DNA of 64,000 nucleotides from Lingula anatina (taxonomy: Eukaryota > Animalia > Brachiopoda), in contig CM120647.1 in the NCBI GenBank assembly GCA_051362555.1, positions 4,588,001-4,652,000 on the forward strand, written 5' to 3'. Every line of letters begins with the position of its first letter. Within the stretch, counting starts at the first letter, position 1. Made by a program: the position numbers and the translations under genes. The notes under the pieces are model-generated. The model was given only the letters and a program-made list of their open reading frames with translations. It did no database searches and had not been told where the DNA came from. Shown here piece by piece: positions 1 through 14,157 of this stretch.

Positions 1-22
1 ACCTTTAAATACAACACCTTAC

Positions 23-1195
23 CTAATGAAGATAAAGTAGCAGCACACCAAAATATATCCCCTGTAAAAGCTGGCAAGAACAAAAACCCCGTCATGATTT
101 TACCAAACCTCCGGTTGAAGGGATCCAGCATAGTGACATTATTGCCTTTGCGCATCTTTTTGACAAAGAATGCAGCTGAAATTTTGAAAATAAATAGCTT
201 AAAGTCTATGCAAAACAGTGGTAAATTGTGCAATGTTTATGCGAAATCTATCTAAAATCATTCAATGATCACATCAGATTTTTTGCAACAAAAAGTTGGA
301 TATTAAAGTTTAAATGCTTAATTTTTCAAATTCTGAAAGATGCATATCTACAGTATTAACGACATTCAAGTGATGTTCAGAAGAGTATTACTGAGTATTC
401 ACAATTCCAATTTTTACCATTGTGTCATTCTCAAAGGTATACGTATCAGTGAGGAGACTTTACTTCTTGCGTAACATATGGTAAATTTTGTTGCACCAGT
501 ACACGACCATTGTTTATTACCTAAAATAATACCCATACAGTACCCTAGCGGCATACTGAGCGAGGACAAACCGAAAGTGTAGATACCCTCTGCAACCCCG
601 CTGATCAGAGTGCCATCTACCCACGTGGCTAGAAATCAGGGATAACAACTCTTTGAATGAGATCCATATTTCATAATAATTGCATTGAAAACAACATATA
701 CCGTATAAATATAATAAACTGTTATCACAATTATTCTGACAACTGTGCTTGCCATCGAACCACGTGGCTCCTGTGGATGGCTGCCCACTGTAATAATCTC
801 TTAAGTTGGATAAAAAACTCTAAAGGGATTGTTACAAAGATAAAATAATAAAATAATATTAAAAAATAACGATGAAACACTATTTGTGAAAGATAAGATA
901 GAATATGTTTTTTTTTGTTGCCTTCAACTCAAAAGCAAAAACTGTTGAAATATTTAAAATTATTATTGTTGTTATCAATTTCTTTATTATTATTTATATA
1001 CAATATAGAAACAAACTGACCTGTCATAGTAAATATACCTATAAATACCCCAATATTTCTCCCTGCTAGCAAGATATCCTCACTCGTCGCATCCCTCCCC
1101 TTCTTTTTATTTTTCCACGCCGCCCAGATCCCAAGGATGAAGATAAGCAAGTAGAATACAATTATGACGACGAGTCCCCACACATGAAGAGCCAT
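23..1195 (-). CDS. SLC5A7: SLC5A7/CHT1-like Na+:solute symporter paralog A, 5' part (exons 1-3; continues beyond the left edge)
   Basis: Exons 1195-1021, 628-521 and 175-23 have GT-AG boundaries. Translation [50 protein letters not shown]../..[19 protein letters not shown] matches the CHT1 N-terminus. Confidence 0.9.
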
Positions 1196-2797
1196 ATATC
1201 CAAATAAGCCGTTACAGACTTGTCGTGCTAAAGTGTGAAACCCAGCGTTGCCAAAACAAGTCGAATTGTCGTGCCTTTGCCTTCAGTACATAAATATAGA
1301 AATGTGTATACCTAAGGGACCTGTTCTTCCACGTTGTTGATCAACACAAGAATATGAGACAAATGATATGCAATATGTAGTGGTAGCAGAGTGTTGTCAT
1401 CGCATGCAGGTGTTTATCATTATAATAAAACGATCAGCCTATCCTTAAAGTCACGTTCACGTTTTGGCAGACATAACGTGTTTGTCTTTAGTGCGTATTT
1501 TTGTGTATATTGGTGTAAAAAACGTGAAGAATGCGGGGAAGGTTTTTTTTTTTATTTATTTTTTATGGGGTTTTGGGTATTACGTTAGTATATCTTTGGA
1601 AAACACGGGTGGCCCTTATATCTGTAAAGTCAATCGTAGGATACAGATGTTAAGGATATTGTCACCCTTCACCCTTATATACTGTCTAATATATATCCTT
1701 TTGGGTAATACATAAATGTTCAGTATTCAGTAACTATATTAAATAATATTAAGGCAAATGTCATTTTACAGGTGACGCCATAATTGTCATTTTTGGGTAA
1801 AATCTGAAAAATCGGTTTTGATTTCTTATTTTTTTTTTACCTGAGCACCCATGATCACCGTTTCAATACCGATTTATCATCAATAATAAGGCAAACTGTT
1901 GCCTTGGTTTTTAATGAAAATATGTTATAAGGGGCTCAAGGCTCCACAACAAAAACAATTAAACTAAAATGACGGCACGGGGTTATATTGTTTTAAACCC
2001 ACGCAAAGACAGATACCTTATTGAATAATAAGATGCAGGAAACCCCATTTTCAGTAGTGAAACTGTATTTACAAAGATATGCCTTCGAGTATGGGACGTT
2101 ATAGTCTTGTACGTTTATTCCAGACATTAAGCTGAAGAAGGAGAATTAAGCATAAGTGTGTTCATAACCAGCAGTTTTCACAACGAAATCCTACCCGCAT
2201 TTTATCGTGCAGTAAAACATATAGTATACAATGAAAATCTGATATATTCTCATTGTCAAAACCTGATAACAAATGTATTACATAATTTGCAGTACAGAAT
2301 TACTAAGAGGTACATGAAGATAACAAAATTTAGTAATTAAACTTTATAAATGGTCTTAAGGTAATGATTTTATAATATACTTCCAATGGACAACAAAAAC
2401 AGCGTCTGTCTGTTATATAATATTTGTGCCGTTATAAAATACTTTGTGTTTCATTAAACATTAGACCACACAATTACTTAAGATTCTTAGTTTCGAGGGA
2501 AAATTAAATATGAGCAAGACATTTTCGAGCTTTGTCCAATCGGTTTTTTAATGTTTTCATATACGCGTGCGTGACGGGGCTAAGAGGAGTGCGGAGGCGC
2601 GGGGGGGGGGGGTGAGCAATTTACATTTCGAATAACAAATTCTTCGATAATGAGACCTTTTGTTTATTGTTTAACTTGTTTAATTTTTTTTTTTATTCAA
2701 TACGCTGATACGTTTACAAAAGCCCCAGTCACTATTAGTCATCACATTTAATGTTATTCATTGCTTTCGGTTGTCTGGCGGAATAGCTGTTATATAT

Positions 2798-3111
2798 CCC
2801 ACAAGAAAACGCAGTAGAAACTCCAGCGCAGTAGACTACTGCAATCATACTGCAAACTGCAGTAGACTGCTGCAATCATACTGCAAACATGCTTCAAATC
2901 TGCTTCGATTTGGGAACTAATAAGCATATTTGAAACATGCTTCTATCATGCTGCTAATCTACTGCATTAATGTTCCTCTCTGTACAAACCTATTTACTTT
3001 TTGGAGTAGAATTGCAGTAGACTATACTGCATTTCTACTGCAAATATGCTCCACACCACTACTGCGTTAATGCTTTTTTGCTACTTCGATACTACTGCAT
3101 TTTTGTGCTGG
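2798..3111. mobile_element. About 300-bp MITE family 1, copy 1
   Basis: TIR CCC(G/A)CAAGAAAACGCAGTAG with internal CTACTGCA repeats. Homologous to 21621-21934 and 57867-58149. Confidence 0.85.
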
Positions 3112-3684
3112 TAATCTCAACAACAGCAATTGCCCGAGCAACACAACCTACCGGAGATAGGCCTTATTGCAATAATGGGTTCGTGCTCACACTATTAGGC
3201 CCTTGAACTTTTATGAGCACACCCAAATGCCGTGGGAATCACAGTGAAACATTGGATTTGAGGAAGTACAGGTTGTGAATTTAAATGAATGGTACATAAT
3301 ATGGATGTTTTCACCTCTATTTTGTATTTTCTGTACCATTAATCGTACAAGTTATATAATAATGATATCTGGAATACAAAGCGGCACTGTTAATAACGAT
3401 TACACCTGTGAGGTGGTCATTTCCAAATGGTCATTTTTGATCTATGTTGTCTGCAGACTGCATAAAATATCTGTGAGATGTAATTGGTCCGGTGTAACAA
3501 GAATACAAGTCCGCTGGGAACCGTAGTAGGCTTCATATTACTTTGTACAGGTGACGAGCGTCCCATATACTAACCCCATTACTCCAACTAAACCTAACCT
3601 GTACTAATCATTATGGAGTCCGGACTTCCATTCCTAGGACTTTCATTCCTGTTACACGGGCTCCAACATGAAGGCGTTATCTGC

Positions 3685-5630
3685 TCACATAAATGTATCA
3701 TCGTTTCTCGCTTCACTAATCTCTACCATTTGTCTGGGACGTATCTCCAAAGCAATATTATCCTTAGTATCGTCCGGAAGAAAATGCTTTTCTATCTCAG
3801 CCGGTCTCTGTTCATCCGCGGGGTCTTTAGATTTACTCTCTGAATGCCAAACAATGCCGTTGAGTACGTCATATCGCCTTGGCAACCAACCAGCACGGAA
3901 CGCGACATTTGTGACGTGTGACATGAGTAAGATACTTAACAAGCTGAGGAGCATACTTGTTGTCCTATAGGGGAACGGCTGGAAATCAGTTTGCGCCTCA
4001 TACCAAGGCCACCTCAGAACTGCTCGTAGACCTAGCAACGGCTCCCCGCTAAGTACCCGGATGATCAGTCCCACTACATACCCAGCAATTGATCCGTAGA
4101 TGTTTGCACCGTCTACATACAAGACCAAGGTCAGCTGAGGGAACAGGATGACGTAGACCAGATCGGAGCACAAAAGGGCCAGATTGAAGATGCTGGTGAT
4201 CTCGATGGCCAACACCGTGGTCAGAATGGCCATGAGGATCATAAATATTCGCATGGCCCAAATAATCTCACGTTCACTAGCCTGGAAAAAATTAAAATGA
4301 TTATAACTCTTCTTTTTGGCCAAAAAATGAAGTTGGAGTAAACAGCAATTTCCCCTTACCAATGGTAAATGAATCTATTTTTACATTCAAAGTTAGTCAC
4401 TGTTTATTTATTTATGTTTTTATTATTATTATAATCTCTTAAGACATTATAACGGAGTATAGCCATTAATGGAGGTCAAGTGGTCTAAATACAAGCTCAG
4501 ATATCAGAACAATAGCTATAACTGCCGTTTTTGTGGTACAACACAATATAAAATATTTCTATGAGCTGTTCACAATGTTTTTATCGTACGAAGAGTTAGT
4601 ATCCCTTTTATTATCCCTCACTGAGGCGCAGAACATACACGTGCCACAATAAAAACATGCATCATTTTCTCAGATTTTGTTAAAAAAATAATAATAAATA
4701 AAATTAAAAAACAATAATTTAAAGAGGTCTTGCAAACAATGACCTCAGTAACTTATCAGGCATAAAAAAAAATTGCATGGGAACAATTTTACTCTGTGAC
4801 CAATTAAGTCACTTTTGTGTTTGGTATATCTGCAAAACCGAAGACCAAAATAAATTGTGTTCTGTGAGTATTTTTATATTTTATTCTAAATCAAAAGCAA
4901 ATAATACATAAGTGCAAATTAAACTGCCTAGGCGTTGGCAGACATTGTTAAAAACATTTTAAGGTTGGCATAATTATTTTTAGAAATATTATTATTTATA
5001 TTATTTTTAGAAATTACCTTTCCTTGTCTAGCAGGTTTATAGATGTTGTTAGCAAACATTGAGCTCGAGGAAAGCAAGATGGAGTCCGTAGACGACATCA
5101 CTGCAGCGGAAATGGCGCCAAGACCAATCAGAGAAACTAAAGCCAGAAAAGCATACTATATTATAACTGGTGAACATATTATATTATATTATATTATATT
5201 ATATTATATTATATTATATTATATTATATTATATTATATTATATTATATTATATAAGCGGCAACACTGCGGTTGTTTAACTTAACGTTTATACATTACTC
5301 TGAATTAAGTGATATTAAAAATATTGTAAAATTATTTTTATCACAATATTACCTACGAATGGACACACGTATTGCAAGACAAGCGGTGCAATCAGTTTAA
5401 GATCATCTGCCGGAAACGGAAGTTCTCCGTCGTAGGCTGTGGCATTCCAATCTAAAAGAAAATCATGTTTTATAACTTTGGCGGCACGAGTAAAGTACAT
5501 TACCTGGCAAAGACCATTTAAAGAAATACATACTTTTACCCATGAAAAGACTAGACCGCTCATTGACTATGTAAATGCCACTATATCAAAACCAGGACAT
5601 TTGTGTAGCAGAAACTGGCGCCTTGAGCAA

Positions 5631-5676
<46 letters not shown>

Positions 5677-8600
5677 GTGATAATAATAGTAGACATTAAT
5701 ACTGACATCAACATGTATAACCACTTTCTGACTGAGATAAATTACCAACTGATACTGCCACCATCCCTATGAGCAGAGGTGGGATCATGCAGACCAGAGC
5801 ACCTAAGGCGCCTCCGTACAACATCCACTGTGCCAACCTCGCCGATTTCATCGCCAGGACGCGCTGCCACACAGCCTGTATGTGAACAAAAAAACAAATG
5901 TTCTCACTGTTGATTATTACTGAAAAGAAACCCTGAATCAGATACGCAGCAACACTATTTACATTTGCACACACAAAACAGACAACTTAACGAAAGCACA
6001 TATAAAGATGATGTGTTCTTGCAAGGGACTTCACAATTAAGACCCATTGTTTTCATTTTGTAGCAGCTTTATTTCGTGATAAAAATGACATATGCTAAGG
6101 ATGTCTATATGAGAGATGATGTAATGTAAATTTTGTTCCGTATAGAAATATTAGTGCGTGATATCGGGGAGATAAATGTAGGCTGCAGGGGCATTCACCA
6201 CGTCAATAATATCAAAGAAATGAGCCGTATTACCTGCCAAGGTATTCCTCCCAGTGTCAGTTGTAGCAGTACGTCTATATAGGTGCTGACGTCACGGCCG
6301 GGGACCGTCCCTAGCCACTTTTTTGACGTCTCTGATAGTGACGTCATCAAGGGGTTGGACAAAGCAAATGGAATAGTCAACCACTTGGAGAAGAAAGGAA
6401 TAAAGGAGATAAAATAAATTATTCAATAATAAGAGGATTCATGGAATGTTATGTTCATGGCTATAGATATGCTCGTGGATAGCTATTTCTATCAAGACAC
6501 CAAGTGCAAGTTTTCCCCTCCTAAACTTGGGTTAAATTGGGATAAACAACGGTGTTTTAATCTGACTTACCACCCTGGGTTGGCCTTTCATGATGATACC
6601 CCCCCAAAAAAAAAAAACAAATAAATAAATAAATAAATTAAAAAAAAATAAATAAATAAAACGGGTTAAACTGGGATGAACGGTGTTTTAATCTGACTAA
6701 CCAACCTTTGGCTGTCCTTTCATGAAACGCGCAAAGTTTCTTTTTTTTTTTTTTTTTAATCCGCCATCAGTTCGAGCACCGATTTCTGGGTTGAGTGCGA
6801 TTCAAAACTGTGTCAATATTGTTGCCGCAGGGAGTTGTATTTCAGAAGGTGATAAAATAGAATTTGCTTAACATTGATTCAAAGCATTTTTAACTGTTAG
6901 AATATGAAAGAAAATTATCCAAAGTTCAACGAGAGGTATTTTAAATAAAAATGTTACTGAAATCCTATACTTATCGCCTTAAGAAAATATAAATGATATA
7001 CTTTTAGAAATTCCTAAACAAATTCCTAAACAAATCCTACGGTATGTAAATGTAGAAATGCCCTACGGTATGTAAATGTAGAAATACCCCATTCTGTCGC
7101 TGATGGGCACCCTGAGCTTCAGAGATAACTTGACACTAACCTCTTCACTATTAGCCTATCTTCATCGTGTCAAGTTACCTCTGACCACATTCGATTGCCT
7201 CCGCCGCCCGCCAATCAAATTTAAAGCCCGCACTCAATGACTCATTGAACGATCTAGCCAATGAACGCGAACGAGTCAAAGCGCGCTTTGTTCAAATTCG
7301 GACCAATCAAAGATAAGGCTGAATATCAGGGACTTGCCGTAACCTGTGGGCAGCACGCAAAATACATCATCCCTCGGTAGATAATTATGCAGGGCATCAA
7401 ACTGCTCTGGTTTCAATTCCGATATACTCCATGCTTTCTTTGTGTACGGTTATGCACTCGGAACTACTCGGATGTCTCCGCACTCGACAATAACTATGTT
7501 GTTAGTATGGAGCTTGCGGAATCAGCCGAGGATTGCCGATTGACGGTCAACCAATCAGCGTTTTCACCAAACTTTGGTGAAAAATTTTGAAACATGGATT
7601 CGATTGGCTTATATAAACTAGGTCAAACTATTTTCGTCAGAGGTAACTTGACACGATGAAGATATGCTATAGTGAAGAGGTTAGTGTCAAGTTATCTCTG
7701 AAGCTCAGGGTGCTGATGGGTGACTAATTCATGCAATATTAGGGTGACTAATTCATGCAATATATACCGTAGGTATACTATTGCATATGTTCTCGTGATC
7801 AAAGTGTTTAATGGCATTAAAAAGCGTGAATTCGGAGCTTCCATTTAATATTTAATGCTCTTTCCCCCCAGTTTTGACATCCCATGAGCATTGTTCAATA
7901 TATTACAATCTGTTCCTGAGTCCGACCAATCTAAGTCGAGAGTGACGCAAGTGCAACCATCTTACATCAATAGGTATTTTGCAGCTACATGTAGATTACT
8001 AGATGTTGATTTCTTTAGTTTGCTGAATAGCTTGCTCTCCTGAACTCTTTGGCAACATTTTGTCATCTAACTGCAAAAGGGCTATATTGTCATAAGTTTT
8101 GCTTATAAGGGCATAACTTACCAAGGCTACAAAGATAAATACTATCTGCATGACGTCAGTGTAGGAGACTGAGTAGAGGCCTCCAAACAACGTGTATATC
8201 AGGGCCACAGCTGTCGACACCGTGATGGCGATCCAGTGATCTAGTCCTACCACTACTGTCAACGTTGTACCTAATTCGACGAACACCACTATGTACCTCT
8301 TTTTTTAAAGTGTGAAAATTATGTCAACCTCTGCATTCCATTGACGCGCATAGACAAGTAATCACATAGACAGGTAATCAAAGAACGGGGTAACAAAGTA
8401 AAGCTAGCTAAATTATTGTAATAGATTTGTGAAAATTATTTTGTCCATATTATCTTCTTTTGACCTATCATCCCCTCTGGTGTACTACTTGGACCTACAC
8501 CGGAAAGATCTTGAAGCGATTAACATTAGCTTACATGGCGCCAAGCTGAAACGGAACGATGGGACTGAGCTACCCAACCTCTACCTACCACCCCTAAAGG

Positions 8601-10241
8601 AGGGGCAGGCAAGGGGGGGGGGTCTGTCCAAATAGCACACCGGAGGGGGTGATAGGTTGTCACACCTGTCACAATCTCATTCCCTGATGAAGTCTGACTG
8701 CAAGCAGACTAAATATTGAAAGCTAGCTAAGCTTATAATCAACTAAGGATTTTAATGGGTTCATTTAGTCGGCTGACTGCCATGAACTGAGAAGTTTATT
8801 CTTTTTTTTTTTCAAAACAGCCCCTTACCTAATGAAGACAAAGTTGCAGCACACCAAAATATGTCCCCAGAAAAGGACGGCAAGAACAGGAACCCTGTCA
8901 TGATTTTACCAAACTTCCGGTCGAAGGGGTCCAGCATTGTGATATAATTGCTTTCACGCATCTTTTCGACAAAGAAGAACGCAGCTAAAAATAAGTGAAT
9001 CAATCAAAACATGGATATATGTGTAAACAAAGCATAAAATGTGTAAGCTATGCAATTACCATCCCGAATTTTTACCTTAAAAATACGTGCAAGATAATGA
9101 AATGTTAAGTTTATATTTTTTGCAACATAATTTTTATATCATAGTTAAAATACTTAAATTCTATAAACAACATTCAAGACAAATGTAATTGTATAAGTGA
9201 ATGAGTATTTATGATTCCATTTTTTAAGTTGTGCAGTCTCGGAGTTATGCTTCATGGTAACAATAATATTAATAATACAATTTCTAACAGCCGGGCAAGT
9301 CGGCAAATTTGCATTTGCCTTTGCTTTGTGTACGCTATATAGAATAGTAAAGACTGAGTATATATGATTCCATTTTTATAGTTGTGCAGTCTCGGAGTTA
9401 TGCTTAATGATGGGGAGGATTAATGTTTTGCATATCATACATTTTGTTGCACAGGTACACATTCATTGTTACCTAACACAGTACCCGCAGTGTACCCGAG
9501 CGGCATATTGAGCGAGGACAAACCGGAAGTGTAGATACCCTCGGCAACCCCGCAAATTAGTGGGCCATCTACCCACGTAGCTGGAAATTAAAATCTTTAT
9601 GTTGACAGCTGCTAGCATTGGCAAAATATCATTTGAATATGTGCATGAATCAACTTGTTTGTGATTATTGTTCTCTTTTGATTTAGTTATCAATCTAAAA
9701 TTTCATTATGTAACAAAATGCTGCAGTAGCAAGAGCACGCAATTTTATGAGTTAACGTTAACTACATTTGTTAACATTACAAAGGAAAATTGGGAAATTT
9801 GAACGAAGGATATTCTTAATGTGTGAACCCGTATTATATAATATATGAAACATATTGGTCAATATAAGAGAAAAAGGCATGTGTGACTATAAAAATGCAT
9901 AAGAAAAAAAGCCAAACTGATAGCTTAAAAATGAAATAATGAAATTTAGTTATATATACGGCAGGATGTGTTCCTTTTCGCCTCCAACACAATACCTAAA
10001 ACTGTTATGTAATTTGATTGATTATTAATTGATTAACAATCACAAACAATATAAAAGCAAACTGACCTGCCGCGGTAAAGATGCCAAGAAATACCCCGAT
10101 ATTCCTCCCTGCTAACAAGATATCCTCACTTGTCGCCTCCTTCCCTTTCTTTTTATTTTTCCTCGCTGCCCAGATGCCAAGGATGAATATAAGCAAATAG
10201 AACACAACAATGGCTACGAGTCCCCATACGTGAACAGCCAT
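3685..10241 (-). CDS. SLC5A7: SLC5A7/CHT1-like paralog B, 9 coding exons, about 560 aa
   Basis: Exons 10241-10067, 9580-9473, 8984-8829, 8270-8122, 6383-6234, 5875-5746, 5451-5353, 5136-5018, 4281-3685 are all GT-AG and total 1683 nt in frame. Motifs [46 protein letters not shown] are present. Confidence 0.93.
4296..4606. mobile_element. Kolobok-like MITE, intron 8 of B
   Basis: TTAA on the left flank and TIR like AGTGATAATAACTC..GAGTTATTATCCCT. Homologous to 30967-31303. Confidence 0.65.
5177..5252. repeat. (ATATT)n microsatellite, intron 7 of B; equivalents in intron 7 of C (18325-18380), D (about 30921-30960) and F (57471-57510)
   Basis: Read directly from the sequence. Confidence 0.9.
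5630..5674. repeat. (AAT)n microsatellite, intron 6 of B; equivalent (ATT)n at 17838-17897 in C
   Basis: Read directly from the sequence. Confidence 0.9.
7108..7712. mobile_element. MITE with about 75-bp TIRs and 8-bp TSD (hAT/P-like), intron 4 of B
   Basis: CACCCTGAGCTTCAGAGATAACTTGACAC... with its inverted copy, and TSD CTGATGGG at 7100-7107 and 7713-7720. Confidence 0.88.
8495..8735 (+). mobile_element. Penelope-like element 3' remnant with interrupted hammerhead, intron 3 of B
   Basis: [30 protein letters not shown] resembles the PLE GIY-YIG C-terminus (R..KEAI.I...LNRD.G.ELP..Y). It is followed by CTGATGA-AGTCTG..CAGACT-(7 nt)-GAAAGCTAGCTA. Confidence 0.65.
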
Positions 10242-13200
10242 ATCTCCGTTAAAACTTGTCGTGCCAAGGTTTGAACTCCTGCGTTACCAAAATAAGTAAA
10301 GTCGAATGACCACGCCTTTGCCTTTAATACAAAAACCTAGAACTATGCGTACCTATAAAGCTTATTACCATTATTTATCTATTCGGGGTTTCTTGTTAGA
10401 TGCAGCACCATATCCGGAAGTACCTAGTGGTCAGAATTCTAAACATTGGGTGTGCCATGGCCTCTTTGTAGGTACATCAGTCTGGGCATGATGATGCTTA
10501 ACCCATTTTGCGATCACTTGCATGCAAAATTTCAAATAAAGAGAAATAGTTACGTTTTCTTCAACAATTTGGATTTAGGAAATTTAGCTTTAAAAACACA
10601 TAGCCATGGTTCACTGCTTTGAAATTACTAAACACGTGAAAACAAGATAAGGGTGGACGCCACGTACATCTCGGTGCAGTGTTCAAGCGAGAAGTCAATA
10701 TGGTATTTCAATACCTTGTCGATAGTATACGACAACAATGATAATAGTAAGATTATGGAAAATAAGTGTAGTTGCGCATTTCAGTTTGGTCCAGTCACTT
10801 AAAAAATCCCTCTGCCTCCGAAACATCCGGGAGTTACCTTGTTATTCTGGACGGCGTCCTTTCCGAGTCCCTTTGTAAGGCCCCGTTTGAGAGTAAAAAA
10901 AAAAAAGAAAAAAAATAATAATGCTTTACGTGCCAACTACTACTCGATCACTCTGAACATTCGTTTTTCAACCAAAGCGATACTCGTCCCTCCTTATTAC
11001 GACCACAGCGCTGTCGCACAGAAGTCGCAAAAGGACGCCGTCCAGTATAAGGGGTGGAGGGGGGGGGGGTACTAGCTGGTGTCCAGTTAGAATGGATGGA
11101 TGATTACCTCCAGCTGCAGCGTAGACACTGCATGGTGTCATGGGATCATATCCTTGGATTTTATGGTATCATTGTTATGATAAGTCTGTGGCATTAATAT
11201 GACTGTCCGTTGTTAATCCAACCCTATCTATTCACTAATTTGGTATTAAAAAAAAGTAGTTATTCTCAATCCAGATTACATCAGAAATGTACCCAAGTGT
11301 ACTCTAAATATATGCTGAATACTTACAAAACGCAGTGCTATACCTGGTGGGTCCTGTTCTTCCACGCTGTTGATCAACACAAGAATATTAGGCAAATGAT
11401 ATGCAATATGTAATGGTAGCAGAGTGTTGTCATCACATGCAGGTTTTTATCATGATAATAAGACGATCAGCCTATCCGTAAAGTGGCGTACACATTTCTG
11501 CAAAAACACTGTGTTTGTCTTTAATACATATGTTTTGTCTTGTTTTGTGTATTGCGGTAAATACGTATAGAATGGGGAGTGCTTATTTCTGTGGAACTGG
11601 GGCCTTAAGTAAAACGTTAGTAAATCTTTTAACTGTAAAGTCAATAGCAGCTAGGAAACAGCTGTGAGCCCTGCAGTTAAAGCACTTGAAAAATGCAATT
11701 AATTTTGAGGAACAGAAAAACGTTACCTACAAAGATATGCTCCTCAAGTAAGGAACGTTAAAGTCTCGCACATTTAATCCAGACATTACTTTTGAAGAAG
11801 AACATTTTAACATAAGTGTGTTCATAACCAGCAGTATTCACTACGAAATACTACCCGCATTGTATCGTGCAGTAAAACATAAATCGTAAACAATGCAAAA
11901 ACATCTCTATCAAGACCTGAAAACATACATCTACAGCCTTTGCAATACAGAATCATTTAAAGGTATAAAAGATAACAAAATCTAGTAATGAAAACTTCAT
12001 AAATGACCCTTGGGGATTGCGGTTTATTGGCTCACGTGTGTCTTAACTTAAGTGTTTTATTTTCGATGAGATTTTATCTAGTAGGTGTTTTCTTATAAGA
12101 CGATAAAGCAGACGACCAAAAGTAGGTGTCGGAACAACATTGCCACAAGTGGCGGTCAGACGCTGCAGCAGAAATGGAAGCCCGATGTAACGAAACTGAG
12201 GATCCGCCCTCCATTTAGATACGCTGGGTAAGGTAACCTTGACCTAAGTGGATCAATATCTAGGTCGAGGCGCACCTGTACAAATGAATGGGAAGCAGAT
12301 TCTCTATCATGGGGGACTCCGTGTCATGTTACACCGAGGTCCCATATGAATAGTGCAGGCTAGGGATAGTCAGAATATTGGGTTAGTAGATACAGGTAGG
12401 GCGAAGGCCACCTGTACAAAGTAATAAAGAATGAACTTCGGTTCCTAGGTTCCTGTCCGCCATATTTAGGTCGCGGCCTAGCTAGCACTCGGTTCTCCTC
12501 GATCTGAATGGGGCTAATCATTGGAAGCACTAATCACGCAGCACCATGCAGTCCAGGCCTTTGGGGTCAAGGCCAAGATAAAAAGTGCCGAAAGATGACG
12601 TGTGGTGCATTTCACTGTGTATAGTGTACTGGTATTTATACATGTACACATAAAACAGCTGTAGAGCCGCATTTTAGTCACAGAAAAACGTTTTGCCAAT
12701 ATTGTTAAGTTACTGTAAATACCAAATACATTAGAGAGCTAGAGACGTAGGAGGGATATGAGTTTTCAGTACATTTTAGCCGTACGACAAATCAGGTGGG
12801 GTGAAGTAAGATGCCTAGGACTTTGTAGACTGATAAACATATCACCAAAGTAGTTTAGTGGTCCTTCGGAAAGATACATGCGTCTGGCTGTTCCCGGGGG
12901 TGGATGGATCTATTGTCACACATTGTAATTCCCGCAACTCTTCTTAAACCGTCAAAATTAATAAATTTAAAACTTTGGGATTTATATTAGGGCACGCACG
13001 TCACACGTTGGTCTAGAAGGAGATAGCGGAAATTACAGTGTGCAAAAAATGGTGTCATCTTCCCCAGAGACGGTACATATAAGACCCTCATTCAAACCAA
13101 TTTAATTCAAGAGGGTCCATGAACCTCATGAGTTTTAGGAAGATGCTCGATGGTAAATGAATGCTCAGTCTTTTTAAGGTACACCTTTACAAATATAGTT

Positions 13201-13895
13201 TAAAATCAAATACCAAGAACAGTTAGACACAGATTAATGATTCGTGTGTACGAGAAAAATTGCTTATTTCCCTGGAAAAATCTAGCAATTGTCTTTCAAG
13301 TTCATGACTCAACCCCGCCAGATTCGGCAAACAATATCAAAGTTACCCCATTCCTATCCCACTTAGAGTATATATCTACACCATTTAAAACGGTTGGGAT
13401 AATATCCTGAATTTCTCTAAATTTAGAAAAGCTTAAATTAGGGCTCTGATTAGGACTTAATGTTTTAACTTGGAGTCAAACGGGAACTTAAAATTTCATG
13501 GTTCGATCACGGCTTGACGTAGAGGAAACTTAGAATGTCTTATGAACAGTAGTAGTAGTCGATCGCCCAGTAGCTACATACACCGTAACAATCTCTCCGT
13601 CTCTCTCGACACTCCAACTGAATTAATTACCGTCGTATATACTGGCCCATGCATACACAACTTAATAGCTTTATCACGTAAAGTTAGATTTTGTGGTGCA
13701 TACAAAGATCTCAATTACTTTAAATTACACATTTAACCACTGCAAATCTGCATTAGATAAGGACGGCTGCGACTTTGGGAAGCAAAATGCATGTTTGGGG
13801 ATGTATAGTATTGACGTTATAACATTTTTTATAAAGGCAGGGTATCTATGTCTGCAGGGGCTAACGGCGACGGCATGTTTTCGGTGAAATATTCT

Positions 13896-14157
13896 GGGTC
13901 TAGTTTTATAAAGACGTTTAGCACTAACAAGTGGATAAGCCTAACCAGTGGATAAATTCCCCTGACACCCATTAACTAAAAGATGGTTAAATTGTGTTTT
14001 ATATACAGTCTTCTGACGGAAAACAGCCAATTGGTTAACTGGCCAGTGTTTAACTGGATTAAATAATTATTTAAAGGTCATTTTACTAACAGACTATTTA
14101 GGTCTGGTTAGAGTTAAACATTGGTTAGTGCTAAACGTCCTTTATAAAACTGGGACC
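13896..14157. mobile_element. PIF/Harbinger-like MITE in the B-C divergent intergenic region
   Basis: TIR GGGTCTAGTTTTATAAAGACGTTTAGCACTAAC and GTTAGTGCTAAACGTCCTTTATAAAACTGGGACC. Confidence 0.65.

Noticed and set aside
3380-3605. Possible Helentron/DINE-like repeat, loosely similar to the reverse of 12320-12450
   Set aside because: The similarity is too patchy to define ends or family by eye.
12003-12016. COE/UNC-3-like motif (TCCCNNGGGA) that would suggest cholinergic regulation
   Set aside because: It has two mismatches and is not conserved in the homologous upstream region of A, so it is expected by chance.
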